64,000 bases of DNA from Ptychomitrium polyphyllum (GCA_973851085.1 OZ316776.1:4650001-4714000); one strand, 5' to 3'; shown: positions 1-13,407, counted from the stretch's first letter. Made by a program: numbers and translations. Notes: a model not told the origin generated them from the sequence alone.

Positions 1-3000
1 TTATTGAACATTATACCATCATTATAGGGGACCTCTGCAGGAGCTTTTCCTGTTGGGCTTGGGGCCCAACTTCCTCTTGAAAGAATGAAGATTATGCCTT
101 GGCCCTTATATAGGCCTCATGGCTTGGAAGTTAGCCCGCATGCAAACAGTCTGATGCCTTGGTCTTTCCTCATGTTAGTTAGAAATTAAGTCGAAGCAGC
201 ATTAAATGCGAAAACGTAAGCATGGTTAGACTTATGGGCGTGTACCTGGAGAGTAGTAATTCAATCATCTGGAAAGGTCTACTACAAGGTGTGGACTTGT
301 TGAGCTGGTTAGGATTGGGTTTCAGGAGTGTATCCACCCTTTTTATGTTTAGGTGTTGAAAAGGGAGTTCGTCCTTGGCTAGCCGTGTCGCAGATGTGAT
401 CCATGCTGTGCGATTTTTTCGAGGTGTGTTCGTGTCTGGTTTCAAACTTGTCATTGTATCGGTCAATCTCCTAGTTACGATTATGCATGTAGCGGTAGTG
501 CCGGTGCGTGTACCATTCCGATTTCCATGTCAAGTGCTAGCGTGCTGAGTCAAAGGTGTAACCTGAACTTATGTCGATTTGAGGAATTGGTGCTATTCTA
601 ACTGTTGAAGTCGTTTCGTTTATTCGGTATTTGGTGCTCTGCCAAGACTAACGACATTGTAGTCGAACCTGAATTCCGTTACATAATACTATATTGCATC
701 TGTTCAGAGATTTTGGTTTATTTTCTTTGACAACATAAATTCTTTCACAGGAGCAAGCTTATCAAGAACATGCATATTCTGTAGAAGCAGGACGTGCTTT
801 GTATCTTCTTCACCAATCTGATGAACACAAGATGGTGCAGTATTCTTGTCTAATTATGACAGAGTGAGGGTTAGTATGAATGATATGCAGGAATGCAGAA
901 ATACCGACACATTTCCACAATCGCCTTCTCCGACTTTGTAGTCAGAATGTCGAATCACAACAAGATTGGAACCAACTCGAAAATCCTGCCTCTCATGGTT
1001 CGTACTAAATTTGCTCCTAGTAGAACCAGCAAGGTTCCTGCAAAAATTCGAGTCCTTGCTACTTTTGGAGCTGCCATAAATGGAATCAATCTGAAAGTAT
1101 TCTACTTCGTAGCATCAGTCCTGCAAAAAGCACAAGTGCATCAAGTTACGTGCGTTAGCCGATCGGATTACCGAATTTAGGATTTCAAACGCATTTAGCA
1201 GTGCTCAAATCATGTGCATACCGTCGTTTCCAGCAGGGCGGTCAAGTTTCACAATACTAAAGTTCCAACTATGATATCAATTGATTGACATATCGGAATC
1301 TTCAAAATCAGGGCTCCTCATACTGCATTGAATCACTCTCCTTTTCTCTATCAGCTTCACTCGCTATTATAATCTAAACTGTATTCATGCCGAGGTTCTT
1401 CAGAAGAAATTTCATGCCGAGGCAATCAAGGCTTTGTGTGTTATGCTAAGAGTTAAAAACTTCTTTAGTACGAGGTTAGTTCGAAAGTTAGGGTAAAGAT
1501 CGCAGACATTAGAGCATAACGACTTAGAGTCGTCGGCTATGGAACTAATTGTATCGAATGGCAGGATAAGATCGTAGCAAGAGGTTGCTTGATGTACGAT
1601 GCGAAAGACAGGCTAAAAACTCTGCATGATTGTGCTGTAAGTGGCTATTGAGAAAGTAATGACGAAGCAAAGGACTGTAGAAGTGGGTATCCTCTCCGCT
1701 CTCGACCCTTCGCAAATGTGAATGTATCACACGGGGAGAGGATGAGTTCCTCTGCAGCAGCATGGACAATCGCCGGATACAACTCTAACCTACACTATTT
1801 AACATGAAACTCCACAGTATTCCTGTTCTGTTAGTAAAAGGAGTAACTAATTTGACATTAAGCAAATCTCTGAGATACCTCAATAGCCTGGTTCCTCCAG
1901 TTGATTAGCGATTACAGGCTGCCTCTTCTGTCATGTCCACGTGTGGCTGCAATCTGGAAAGCACACTGCTGTCGTGCATCTCGGCGTTTTGACCCAAGTT
2001 AGCAGGCGCTTGTTAATTAGCAGCATGAGTTCGGGTTCGTGTGCTGTTACCTACATTTGCTGTAACAAGCCACAGCGTCTATGGTTCCAATGTTACATTT
2101 AACATGTCGTTGTTTCGCTTGATTCGGAAAGAATTCCTTCAGACCTAAAGTTGTCGCGTCGGTTTTTTCAGTCTATTCCATTCAGACGCTAATCGCTTGA
2201 ATATATTCTGCTTCAAGGTTTTTAGTGCACCGATTTCAAATTGGTATCATAGTTGAGAATCCTTATCAATATCTGGCATTGCTTCGTTGGAAAATTTGTG
2301 TAGGAGTGCTAGTAATTGACTGTGATTTGGTTTGCGTACTCAATCGTATCTCATGATGAGGTCACGGTTTTTGTGTGTTAAAAGTTGACCAAGCAGGATT
2401 GACCTAGTACCAGGTGCTCAGGCCTTTATGATGATAAGAGTGTCAATCAGTTGGCATGGTCTGGTCACTTCAAACTTCCTTTTGGTGTGCAAAATTGAAT
2501 TCCAACTTATGATTGAGACTGTTCTATGACCAATTGCCTTCAATCATAGATAAACAGTTGAACAGAATAGTATGCATAGGGTAGTTGGAACTAAAATATG
2601 GCACCTTTCCACATCCAAACTTCAAAGGTGAATTGAAACATGCCTTGGGGTGAAATAAATCCAAAAAGATTCAACAAGCCAACACCATGAAATCCTTCAC
2701 AACCTTGCTTGGTTGCATAAGCATGGCACCTCAAATGGTCAATAATTCATTGAAGATAGCAAGAAGAATGAATCAAAGCCTATGTGTAAATATGATGAAA
2801 GATGATGCAGACTACTAGCGTTTGGCTTAAAGAGGCCTCTACAACTCATTCAATAGTAGGCTGGAGACCAATATTGGTAGCAGAATCAAAATAACATAAA
2901 ACAAGTAAGAGAGAATCAAGGCATTCCAAAAAGAGTCTACAAGTCAACCATGGAGACAAGAAGAGCAATATTGTCAATGTTTGGGTGCTTCTAATTTATG

Positions 3001-4628
3001 CCGTCTTCTGCTCACTATTCAAAAGTCACCTTTCTAATTGTCCACAACTGATGCAAAAGAAACTAACCTGGTATAAGGTGTTGATTGCGAAAGCAAACAG
3101 TACTCCATGATACCATGTCTTTCATGCTAGAACCATGGAGATGAAAAGTACAGAAAATTTGTACCCACTAAATATATGAACGTCAACTAACTCACCATAT
3201 TTAACCATATAAGTCACAATGTCTCTTTTAATTTCATAATTGAAGAAATCTCATTAATATTCTACACTTGGAAAACAATAATTTGAGATTAACACATTAA
3301 TGATAAGTGTAGATTTTGAAATAGATTCCTAGGTAAAATTATTTATGCAGATACAAAATAATTTATTGTACAATTAATTAACATTTCTAAGTCTTATTTC
3401 AATTGAATTATTAAAACATTGGAAAAGTCTTTGGTAAGTGAATTTACACAAGAATACTCTTTATACATTGAACTTTTATTAAATTGATGAATACTTGCAT
3501 CTATAATTAAATTTTTACAAAGGCGCTTTAATTTTATAATAAATATAAATTTACATATATCAAATATTCATGTACTTCTATATTTGAAGATTAAATAAAA
3601 TAAATATTTTGATAATACCTTAATGAACTCTAATAGAACAAAAAACATACTTCCATTACAAATCATTAATTTGAACTAAAAAGGCTAAACTTTACATTTG
3701 ATTATTGTCTCAATTACATATGTATTCTTCTTATTAAGAAGAAATTCAATAATCTTCATGCGCTATACATAACTCCATTAAAACAAAGACTATGAGAATT
3801 TTACATACTAAATTTTTTTAGGATACAAGATATATAAAACGATTCTAAAAATGTATAACCAATTACTACAATTGATATTTTTAAACTAGGGCTATAAACA
3901 TCAATGTACTCCTAAACAAGACGGAAAAAAAAAACAAATTAGAAACTATGACCTAACCCAAAAACTGCACATAGATTCACCAAATGCATATTCGTTTATG
4001 TACAACCACCCACCAACTAATTCTCCTAAAAATTTCCATTTCAGAAACATGAACAATGCCTTAAACATAAGGCGAAAAAGGACACATCCTCCTCCTATTT
4101 TCAACCCTACCCAATCCACTCCATACATGCATGACAGAAGGAAAGAAAAAAATCAAACAATCACAAATACCAACCAAATTGCAGCACACATGATTACCCG
4201 GAACACTCTCACCGCTATCCCGCATACATCACACTACATAATCAGAACCACACAAACTGACGACCATGAGAATGATCCTCAAAGAATCAACTCAATCAAA
4301 CATACAACATATGCTCTCAAAAACACAAAGACTACGAACGCCTCATCAAAACACCAAAGGCGAGCCCGAAATCCACCACACGGCCATGGGAGCCCTAGCG
4401 GCATAAGCTCGAAACCCAGACTCGCCGCAGCCACTCGTTCAAGGCACTTCATCTAAAGCGAAAAAGAGTGCCCTATCCTGTGGCTCGCTCGCCCTGCCGT
4501 GCGCTGACTGCTGCTCCGCCGCGACGGCCCGGGCCCTTCAATCGCTGCTCCTGCTCGAGGCTCAACTAGGCAAGCCCGACACCGCGCATCCACTTCTCGC
4601 CCCCTTCCCTCCCCACGCCCCACTCTTT

Positions 4629-4647
4629 CCCCCCCCCCCCCCCCCCC
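4629..4647 (+). repeat. C19 homopolymer in the C-rich promoter/5' region of TKL copy A (G19 mirror at 18219-18237)
   Basis: Read directly; same length in both arms. Confidence 0.9.
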
Positions 4648-4802
4648 AACCTCCCCTCCGCCTTCACTCCCTGCGCTTGCCTGTAAGGCAGCGTCCACTG
4701 GTGCCGGAACCCCGGCTTTACGATCCATCCCGTGTGGTTGCTCGCACTCGGGAGCTTTTTGAGTTGGGAGTGTGCGGGGGCGGGTGAGCGAGCGCAGGGG
4801 CA

Positions 4803-7800
4803 ATGGCAGCGGCGAGGTGCAATGTGGCTGCGGTTGCGGGCGCGGTGGCGCCTGCTGCCGTGCGCGGTTCCCCGCAGGTGGAGCGCCTCGGGGCGTCCGT
4901 GCAGGGGTTCGGGCTGAGCAAGTTCGCCGGGCTGCGGATCGCCAGCAAGGGCGCGAGCGGCAGCAGCGGCGCTGGGCGGGGCGCGCGCGGGGGGCAGAGG
5001 GTGGCGGTGCGGGCCGCGGCGGCCGTGGAGACCGCGCAGAAGACCGACAATGCGGTGGTGGAGAAGTCCGTGAACACCATTCGGTTCCTGGCCATCGACG
5101 CGGTGGAGAAGGCGAATTCCGGGCACCCGGGGCTGCCGATGGGATGCGCGCCCATGGGCCACATCCTGTACGACGAGGTGATGAAGTACAACCCCAAGAA
5201 CCCGTACTGGTTCAACCGGGATCGGTTCGTGCTGTCCGCCGGGCACGGTGAGCGAATTGCACTCTGTTTCATGTGCTTGTGCGGAATCGCGTGTGGTCTT
5301 GGGTCGATGAGCTCAATCAGTGTGGTTTCGAGCCACTTGCAATTCTGGGTCTCAATCAATCATGTTCTCTCGAGTTGTGCTCCAAGAGAGTACGACCTGA
5401 GAGAGGGGAGGTTCTAGAGCGGAATTGTTCTGACGGGGCCGGTGGCAAATGTGTTGACAGGATGCATGCTCCAGTACGCCCTTCTCCACCTCGCAGGATA
5501 CGACAGCGTGAAGGTATGTCTTGGACGGCGGATAACTTTTTCGTCGCAGTGGCGGCAGAATGGTCTAGGTGTTGGGTGTGTTGAGGAATGTTCCTGGGCC
5601 ATCTTCAGTGCCGTGCACAGCACCTGGTGTGGTGTCTCCCCGAATTGCGGGGACGCTCCCGGGACACGGGGTTTCTAGGCTCTGAATTTCGAGTACTCAT
5701 ATGCTGTATCGAACATCGATCGGCAATCGAGACCGGGCACCTGAGGATTGTGGAACAACCCGGTGTTTCTCTGTCCCCTGGGGTAGGACCTGGGAGGAGT
5801 ACAGAATGGGTCCATGGGGAGGTGATTCGGGTTCATGCTGTCATGAGAACGGGCGCTCGTCTCTGTAAGAACGACCTAGTGGCTCCAAGTTCGGGGGCAT
5901 TGGTGGTTCGCAGCATTGATGTGTGCGCTCTCCTTCTGTCGTGCAGGAAGAGGACTTGAAGCAGTTCAGGCAGTGGGGAAGCAGGACGCCCGGTCACCCC
6001 GAGAACTTTGAGACCCCGGGGGTGGAGGTGACTACCGGTCCTCTCGGGCAAGGTATTGCTAATGCCGTGGGTCTGGCCCTGGCCGAGGCGCACATGGCTG
6101 CCCGCTTCAACAAGCCCGACGCCAAGATTGTGGACCACTACACGTGAGAACCACACCCCCGTTGTTTTGTTAGAGAGTGCCGTTGTGATAGTGCGCATGC
6201 GCGCGGCCTGCTGTGGCCCGTCTAGTGTATGATGGAGTGGCGGGCGCACACTAGAATGCGTCCCAGCGAATGGTGATGTTGGACGCAGCGCTGATCCGAT
6301 GGCATGGAACGTGTATGGATGCAGATACTGCATTTTGGGCGATGGGTGCAATATGGAGGGTATCTCCAACGAGGCGGCGTCGCTGGCAGGTCACTGGGGG
6401 CTCGGAAAGCTCATCTGCATGTACGATGACAACCACATCTCCATCGACGGAGACACGGAGATCGCCTTCACCGAGAGCGTGGACGCTCGGTTCGATGCCC
6501 TAGGCTGGCACACGATCTGGGTGAAGAACGGAAACACCGGCTACGACGAGATCCGCGCCGCCATTGAAGAGGCGAAGTCGGTGACGGACAGGCCGACCAT
6601 GATCAAGGTGACGACCACTATCGGGTTCGGGTCTCCCAACAAGGCGAACTCGTACTCGGTGCACGGTGCCGCCCTCGGTGGAAAGGAGGTGGAGGCCACT
6701 CGGCAGAACCTGGGCTGGCCCTACGAGCCATTCCACGTTCCCGACGAGGTGAAGAGGTGAGCTTCCCGTTGGAAGTGGTTGAGTTGGGGACGTTGTTGGG
6801 GGGGGCAGCGACGTGAGCAGTCTGTCCGGGTGGGGGTTTGAGCGGGGGGCAAGTCTTTGAGTGGGTGTTGCAGTTCTCGTGGAGTGATGTAGGGGGTGGT
6901 ACGATTAGCCGAAGGCGCTTCTGAATCCGTGCTTGAGTGCTTGTGACAGCCACTGGAGCCGCCACATCGACCTGGGAAGCAAGTACCAGAGTGATTGGGA
7001 GGGCGCCGTGGAAGCGTATGCCCAGAAGTACCCCGAGGAGGGCGCCGAATTCAAGCAGCTGATCAGCGGCGAGTTGCCCGACGGCTGGGACAAGGCCCTT
7101 CCCGTAAGTGGATGCAAATGCCGTGTGGTTGTTGCCCCGCAGTCGGACTGCGGAACGATCATGTTCGCTTTAGCCTGTTGTTTGATGAAGTAGAAGTTTT
7201 TTGAGAGGGGGAGTGGGTGCGTTGAGAGGACGGTGGGGAGATTGCTGACGGAGTGGCGGTTGGTCGTTGTGGACGAACGCAGGACTTCACCCCCGAGGAC
7301 GCAGGTGACGCCACCCGCAACCTGTCCCAGAGGTGTCTTAACGCCTTGGCACGGACTCTGCCCGGGTTGATTGGAGGCAGTGCCGATTTGGCATCATCGA
7401 ACATGACGCTGATGAAGATGTTCGGGGATTTCCAGAAGAGCACCCCGGCAGAGCGCAATGTGAGGTTTGGAGTGAGGGAGCACGCCATGGGAGCGATCTG
7501 CAACGGAATTCAGCAGCACTTGGGCGGTCTGATCCCGTACTGCGCGACGTTCTTCATCTTCACGGATTACCTGAGGGCGGCGATGAGGATCTCCGCTCTG
7601 TCGGAGACCGGTGTGATCTACGTGATGACCCACGACTCGATCGGGCTGGGAGAGGACGGGCCCACGCATCAGCCCATCGAGCACCTGGCGAGTTTCAGGG
7701 CCATGCCAAACATGTTGATGCTGAGGCCCGCCGATGGGAACGAAACCTCGGGCGCGTACAAGGTGGCGGTGCTGAACAGGAAGAGGCCGTCGACCCTGGC

Positions 7801-8245
7801 TCTGTCGAGACAAAAGCTGCCCAACTTGCCCGGCACATCCATCGACAACGTGCTGCTCGGTGCGTACGCCATTTCGGACGACTCGAAGGACAACAAGCCA
7901 GACCTGATCCTGATGGCTTCCGGTTCCGAGCTGGAGATCGCCGCCAAGGCCGCAGACATCATCAGGGGGGAGGGCAAGACGGTGAGGGTTGTGTCGTTCG
8001 TGTGCTGGGAGCTGTACGAGGAGCAGAGCGCCGAGTACAAGGAAGGTCTGTTGCCATCTTCCGTGACGGCCCGTGTGTCTATTGAGGCCGGTGCCACGTT
8101 CGGGTGGGAGAGGTACACCGGGCTGGAGGGCAGGGCGATCGGAGTGGACCACTTTGGTGCGAGCGCCCCGGCTAACATCCTGTACAAGGAGTTTGGAATC
8201 ACCGTGGACAACGTGGTGGCCAAGTCGAAGGAAGTGATGGCCTGA
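4803..8245 (+). CDS. TKL: Plastid transketolase, copy A. Exons 4803-5247, 5461-5513, 5947-6143, 6325-6756, 6950-7103, 7283-8245 (2244 nt, 747 aa)
   Basis: GT-AG introns join ORF pieces in frame. Transketolase motifs [36 protein letters not shown] (ThDP binding) and [16 protein letters not shown]; Ala/Ser/Arg-rich N-terminal transit peptide. Confidence 0.97.
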
Positions 8246-9501
8246 ACGTGGGGCATCGGCGAACGGGGGTAGCGGCCGATGATGTCTGTTAGTTGTGCAG
8301 TTCTTGGGAGTTGTAGTGGAGTCTAAGCTAGCGACGACGTCTGTAAGCGAGGGAAATTCTAATTTTTTGGAGCAATCAAGACTATAAGTACCGACGACTC
8401 TGGTTGCGTTAGGCAATCTGGCCTTGGAACGTGTAGACGGCTTTGTCCTTGGGTTTTGGAATCAGAGAGGTCATAGGGTTGCTCGATGGCTGTTGCATCA
8501 GTACCACGGAGTGAGAAGATGAGCATTGTTTCCGCAATGGACAGGGCCAGACCCAGGAGTTGATCCTTGGCCTGCTTGCCCACTGGCAAGCTGAGGTGTG
8601 TTTGGTGCCGACAAGTAGGAGTCTGCGAGGGTGCTGCTTTGCGAAATTAGAGTCCTAAAGCAGGTTCATTTTGCAGTAAAAAGTGTGAAATATACGTATT
8701 CCTCAATATGGACATTGTACTGTATGGCTCCGTTTCGTCTACATTGGATGACTTTCAGTTGTCTGGCAATTTTGGAGCGAATGGTATTGTTGATGGTTAG
8801 GGTGCATATTTGGTGGCTAAGTCCACGTTTTGGAAAATGCTGTGAACCTCGGTGTCGGATGGTATTCTGCCTTGGTTGAGGTTTCTTTCCTGAACGAGGT
8901 CAGCCAGTGTCTTCTACTGGATATGGTTTTGACATTCTCTGACTGCCTATTGGACGGGGGTTCAGGTTTTTGTGATTTATTGTAGTTTTATATGTTTGAC
9001 ATTTGGAGTTATTATTACAGAAGGTGCTATGCTTACAATGCTTTGGTTTGTACATTGGTTATGGCGCCTACTAGAATTGTGTCACTGTCTGGTTACAGGA
9101 TTCCACTTTGTGACTTGATGGCAGCATCACCGATTTCTTGAGTACTTCTGTACCATCTTCCCCCTTTGACATAAACTAGCTCATAGGATGAGCCTCGACA
9201 GCCTTCCCAGTGCATAGTTTCTGTGTCTTCGTCTTCTTGAATCGCCCGTTTGTTTGACAATCTTGAAAACGGAATATTTCACATTTTAGTGCAAAGTTTG
9301 GTGTCGTGGAGCGAACATGGTCCACTGTTGGAAGAAGACTGCACTCACCTGATGGCAAGCTGCTTGTCGCTGGTTCGCGCAGCTACTTTCTGACTTCGAT
9401 TTAGAATTTTGAGGAGATCGGAATTCAGCAGAGGAAGTTTGGAAGCAGATGATTTTAGAATCTGTGCTCTGTATGATTTGTTGATTTTTTGAAAGCTTTA
9501 T

Positions 9502-12500
9502 ATCTAGGTCCTCGACTGATATTTGGAGGCTTAGATGGTTTATTTGACCGGTCTAGGGGTTATTGATGTGTAATTTTCTAGGGTGTTCAGAGGGGTTGGG
9601 ATGGTTGAAGGACGTATATTGTTAGATGTTGATATATGACGTAATAATTTGATTTTGAATCAAATCATTTGGATATAAGATTTTGTAAACCATAAATATA
9701 GGGTTCTATACTGAAGAAAGAAGCCTTATCTACTTAGGTGTTAAATTGAGTGATTTATTTTGATTTTAATATGCTATAGTTGTATAAATATCTTCTTATA
9801 AGGTGTTTCCATTTTGTGAGTTAAAGCACATATATTATTTTGTATTTTATTTTATTTTAAATGTTTCATTTCAAATTTAAGACTCTTTTATAGTTGTATA
9901 TTTTTTAATTAATACCTCTTGTATTTGTAACCTTTGATAAAATTTTGATATTTTGATGTTTGAAGAAATTATCAATTCAATAGTTCAACATTATGATGCA
10001 TTTAAAAATAATGTGAAGTTTAACTCTCTAAATTTTGGTATATGATTAATATGTTTGTATTACTCATAGATTTAATTGCATTAAATTTTACTTCAATATA
10101 AAACCAATCATTTGCAAATTTTATTAAATATAATGCTTGTTTTTATCCCCTTAGAAATTAAAATTGTGGATTTAAGAAAATAAGTTTTATTTATGGTTTA
10201 GTTTTACATTACAAAAATACCATACAAATTAAAAGCTTACATTGTTTTTTCCTTCATTACCATTTATCTAATATTTTCAAATCTATAGTTAACATTTTTC
10301 TTTTCTTACAGTATGGCAATAAGTAGATATTGGATTCTTTTGTCTCTAGGGTTTTCTACAAATCAAATGCAAATATCCTTTTTGTAAGAAGTTGTTATTA
10401 ATTAGGATAATGATTTGGTAATATCATGTTGTTCATAATATTAGAAGGTGAAATTAAATCCACTAAAGCATTGTAGAAGTACAAAAAAATCAAAAGATTA
10501 AGATGCCAAGGCATTTCTTGTAATCTTTTGTAAATTGCTAAGGTGGACAAAGATAATTTTATGAACCTTTAATTCTTAATTTGGAAAAAATTGAATATAA
10601 TAAATAACATTAGCATTGTTGATTCATTGTGTTGATGTCCTTACAAAAATCACTTTCATAATTTATTGGTTTGGAAATAGTAAAACATTAGAAGTGCATG
10701 GTTGAATATTTGTATTTATAATAGTATAGTATTCATCATTATGCAAGAATGTTGTCATGCCATTAAAGTTCATCCAAAACCTTTAGTGTTCAAGAAATTA
10801 AAGCCTTTCATATTCAAGAAATCAATAATAATTTGAATTAAAATCATTACGGCCATGTTTTATATACTACACAAAATTCCTCATATTCTAGGTGCAATTG
10901 ATGGTACTCACATTTTGATTTTAACCCACAAACTTTACATCATAGTTGTGTGAAGAAGATTTCGTTTTGTATTGTTATACGGTGTTGTAGATGCAAAATT
11001 CCAATTTTATAATACAAATTTAAATGAACACAACAAAATCATGATTAGTCATCACTATTAAAAGTAAAATTGGAAAAAGAAGTATGAATGGATCATTTTG
11101 TCTTACAAATCAATAGAAGATGTTGCATATATAAAGAAGTATAAAAATGCCTATTAAAAGAACTTTTAAATTTTAAAGGACAAACATTAAAGGACAAACA
11201 GAAGGTACTACTGATTGGACTCACATGCTTCTATCTCATAACATTCTCACACAAATTCATAGAATCAAACTAAAACTAAGACCTCAGCCAAATATTACCA
11301 TTCTACAAAGGTACAAAACCCAGACACTCATAAAATTGAAACGACTTCCAACACCAACCAAACAACATCCCAACACCATCCCAACCCCATCCCAACAACC
11401 GCCANNNNNNNNNNNNNNNNNNNNNNNNNNNNNNNNNNNNNNNNNNNNNNNNNNNNNNNNNNNNNNNNNNNNNNNNNNNNNNNNNNNNNNNNNNNNNNNN
11501 NNNNATCTAGGTCCTCGACTGATATTTGGAGGCTTAGATGGTTTATTTGACCGGTCTAGGGGTTATTGATGTGTAATTTTCTAGGGTGTTCAGAGGGGTT
11601 GGGATGGTTGAAGGACGTATATTGTTAGATGTTGATATATGACGTAATAATTTGATTTTGAATCAAATCATTTGGATATAAGATTTTGTAAACCATAAAT
11701 ATAGGGTTCTATACTGAAGAAAGAAGCCTTATCTACTTAGGTGTTAAATTGAGTGATTTATTTTGATTTTAATATGCTATAGTTGTATAAATATCTTCTT
11801 ATAAGGTGTTTCCATTTTGTGAGTTAAAGCACATATATTATTTTGTATTTTATTTTATTTTAAATGTTTCATTTCAAATTTAAGACTCTTTTATAGTTGT
11901 ATATTTTTTAATTAATACCTCTTGTATTTGTAACCTTTGATAAAATTTTGATATTTTGATGTTTGAAGAAATTATCAATTCAATAGTTCAACATTATGAT
12001 GCATTTAAAAATAATGTGAAGTTTAACTCTCTAAATTTTGGTATATGATTAATATGTTTGTATTACTCATAGATTTAATTGCATTAAATTTTACTTCAAT
12101 ATAAAACCAATCATTTGCAAATTTTATTAAATATAATGCTTGTTTTTATCCCCTTAGAAATTAAAATTGTGGATTTAAGAAAATAAGTTTTATTTATGGT
12201 TTAGTTTTACATTACAAAAATACCATACAAATTAAAAGCTTACATTGTTTTTTCCTTCATTACCATTTATCTAATATTTTCAAATCTATAGTTAACATTT
12301 TTCTTTTCTTACAGTATGGCAATAAGTAGATATTGGATTCTTTTGTCTCTAGGGTTTTCTACAAATCAAATGCAAATATCCTTTTTGTAAGAAGTTGTTA
12401 TTAATTAGGATAATGATTTGGTAATATCATGTTGTTCATAATATTAGAAGGTGAAATTAAATCCACTAAAGCATTGTAGAAGTACAAAAAAATCAAAAGA

Positions 12501-13407
12501 TTAAGATGCCAAGGCATTTCTTGTAATCTTTTGTAAATTGCTAAGGTGGACAAAGATAATTTTATGAACCTTTAATTCTTAATTTGGAAAAAATTGAATA
12601 TAATAAATAACATTAGCATTGTTGATTCATTGTGTTGATGTCCTTACAAAAATCACTTTCATAATTTATTGGTTTGGAAATAGTAAAACATTAGAAGTGC
12701 ATGGTTGAATATTTGTATTTATAATAGTATAGTATTCATCATTATGCAAGAATGTTGTCATGCCATTAAAGTTCATCCAAAACCTTTAGTGTTCAAGAAA
12801 TTAAAGCCTTTCATATTCAAGAAATCAATAATAATTTGAATTAAAATCATTACGGCCATGTTTTATATACTACACAAAATTCCTCATATTCTAGGTGCAA
12901 TTGATGGTACTCACATTTTGATTTTAACCCACAAACTTTACATCATAGTTGTGTGAAGAAGATTTCGTTTTGTATTGTTATACGGTGTTGTAGATGCAAA
13001 ATTCCAATTTTATAATACAAATTTAAATGAACACAACAAAATCATGATTAGTCATCACTATTAAAAGTAAAATTGGAAAAAGAAGTATGAATGGATCATT
13101 TTGTCTTACAAATCAATAGAAGATGTTGCATATATAAAGAAGTATAAAAATGCCTATTAAAAGAACTTTTAAATTTTAAAGGACAAACATTAAAGGACAA
13201 ACAGAAGGTACTACTGATTGGACTCACATGCTTCTATCTCATAACATTCTCACACAAATTCATAGAATCAAACTAAAACTAAGACCTCAGCCAAATATTA
13301 CCATTCTACAAAGGTACAAAACCCAGACACTCATAAAATTGAAACGACTTCCAACACCAACCAAACAACATCCCAACACCATCCCAACCCCATCCCAACA
13401 ACCGCCA
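9502..13407 (+). repeat. 1903-bp direct duplication (9502-11404 and 11505-13407) flanking a 100-N gap (11405-11504); probable unmerged contig overlap
   Basis: Both copies start ATCTAGGTCCTCGACTG and end CAACCGCCA with a constant offset of 2003; they abut the N run directly. Confidence 0.9.
10680..11130 (+). mobile_element. Degenerate PIF/Harbinger (HARBI1/DDE_Tnp_4-like) transposase remnant; repeated at about 12683-13133
   Basis: IPHILGAIDGTHI (GAIDG at 10891), LLYGVVDAK (10972-10998) and YKSIEDVAY (11104-11130) match the GAIDGTHI / LQGVVD / LIGDxAY catalytic motifs; stops and frameshifts are present. Confidence 0.8.

Larger units (their letters stand above)
4360..9382 (+). repeat. Left arm of ~5.0 kb inverted repeat (about 440 bp upstream, TKL gene, about 1.1 kb downstream)
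   Basis: Reverse complement of 13484-18506. Mismatches noticed only at 4367/18499, 5384/17482 and 7960/14906; the ORF track is mirror-symmetric. Confidence 0.97.

Noticed and set aside
1..2100. Exon-like pieces (e.g. 28-173 on +, ~750-830 on +, ~1650-1790 on -)
   Set aside because: Could not be joined into a consistent reading frame or a recognisable protein; may be the tail of a gene outside the window.
3998..4456. 152-aa ORF upstream of TKL copy A
   Set aside because: Low-complexity Thr/Asn/His product of A/C skew; not preserved in the mirrored flank.
4453..8416. Long antisense and alternate-frame ORFs over TKL (226, 213, 340, 195 aa, and their mirrors at 14450-18413)
   Set aside because: Shadow ORFs caused by GC-rich codon bias; no recognisable domains, and they overlap a well-supported gene.
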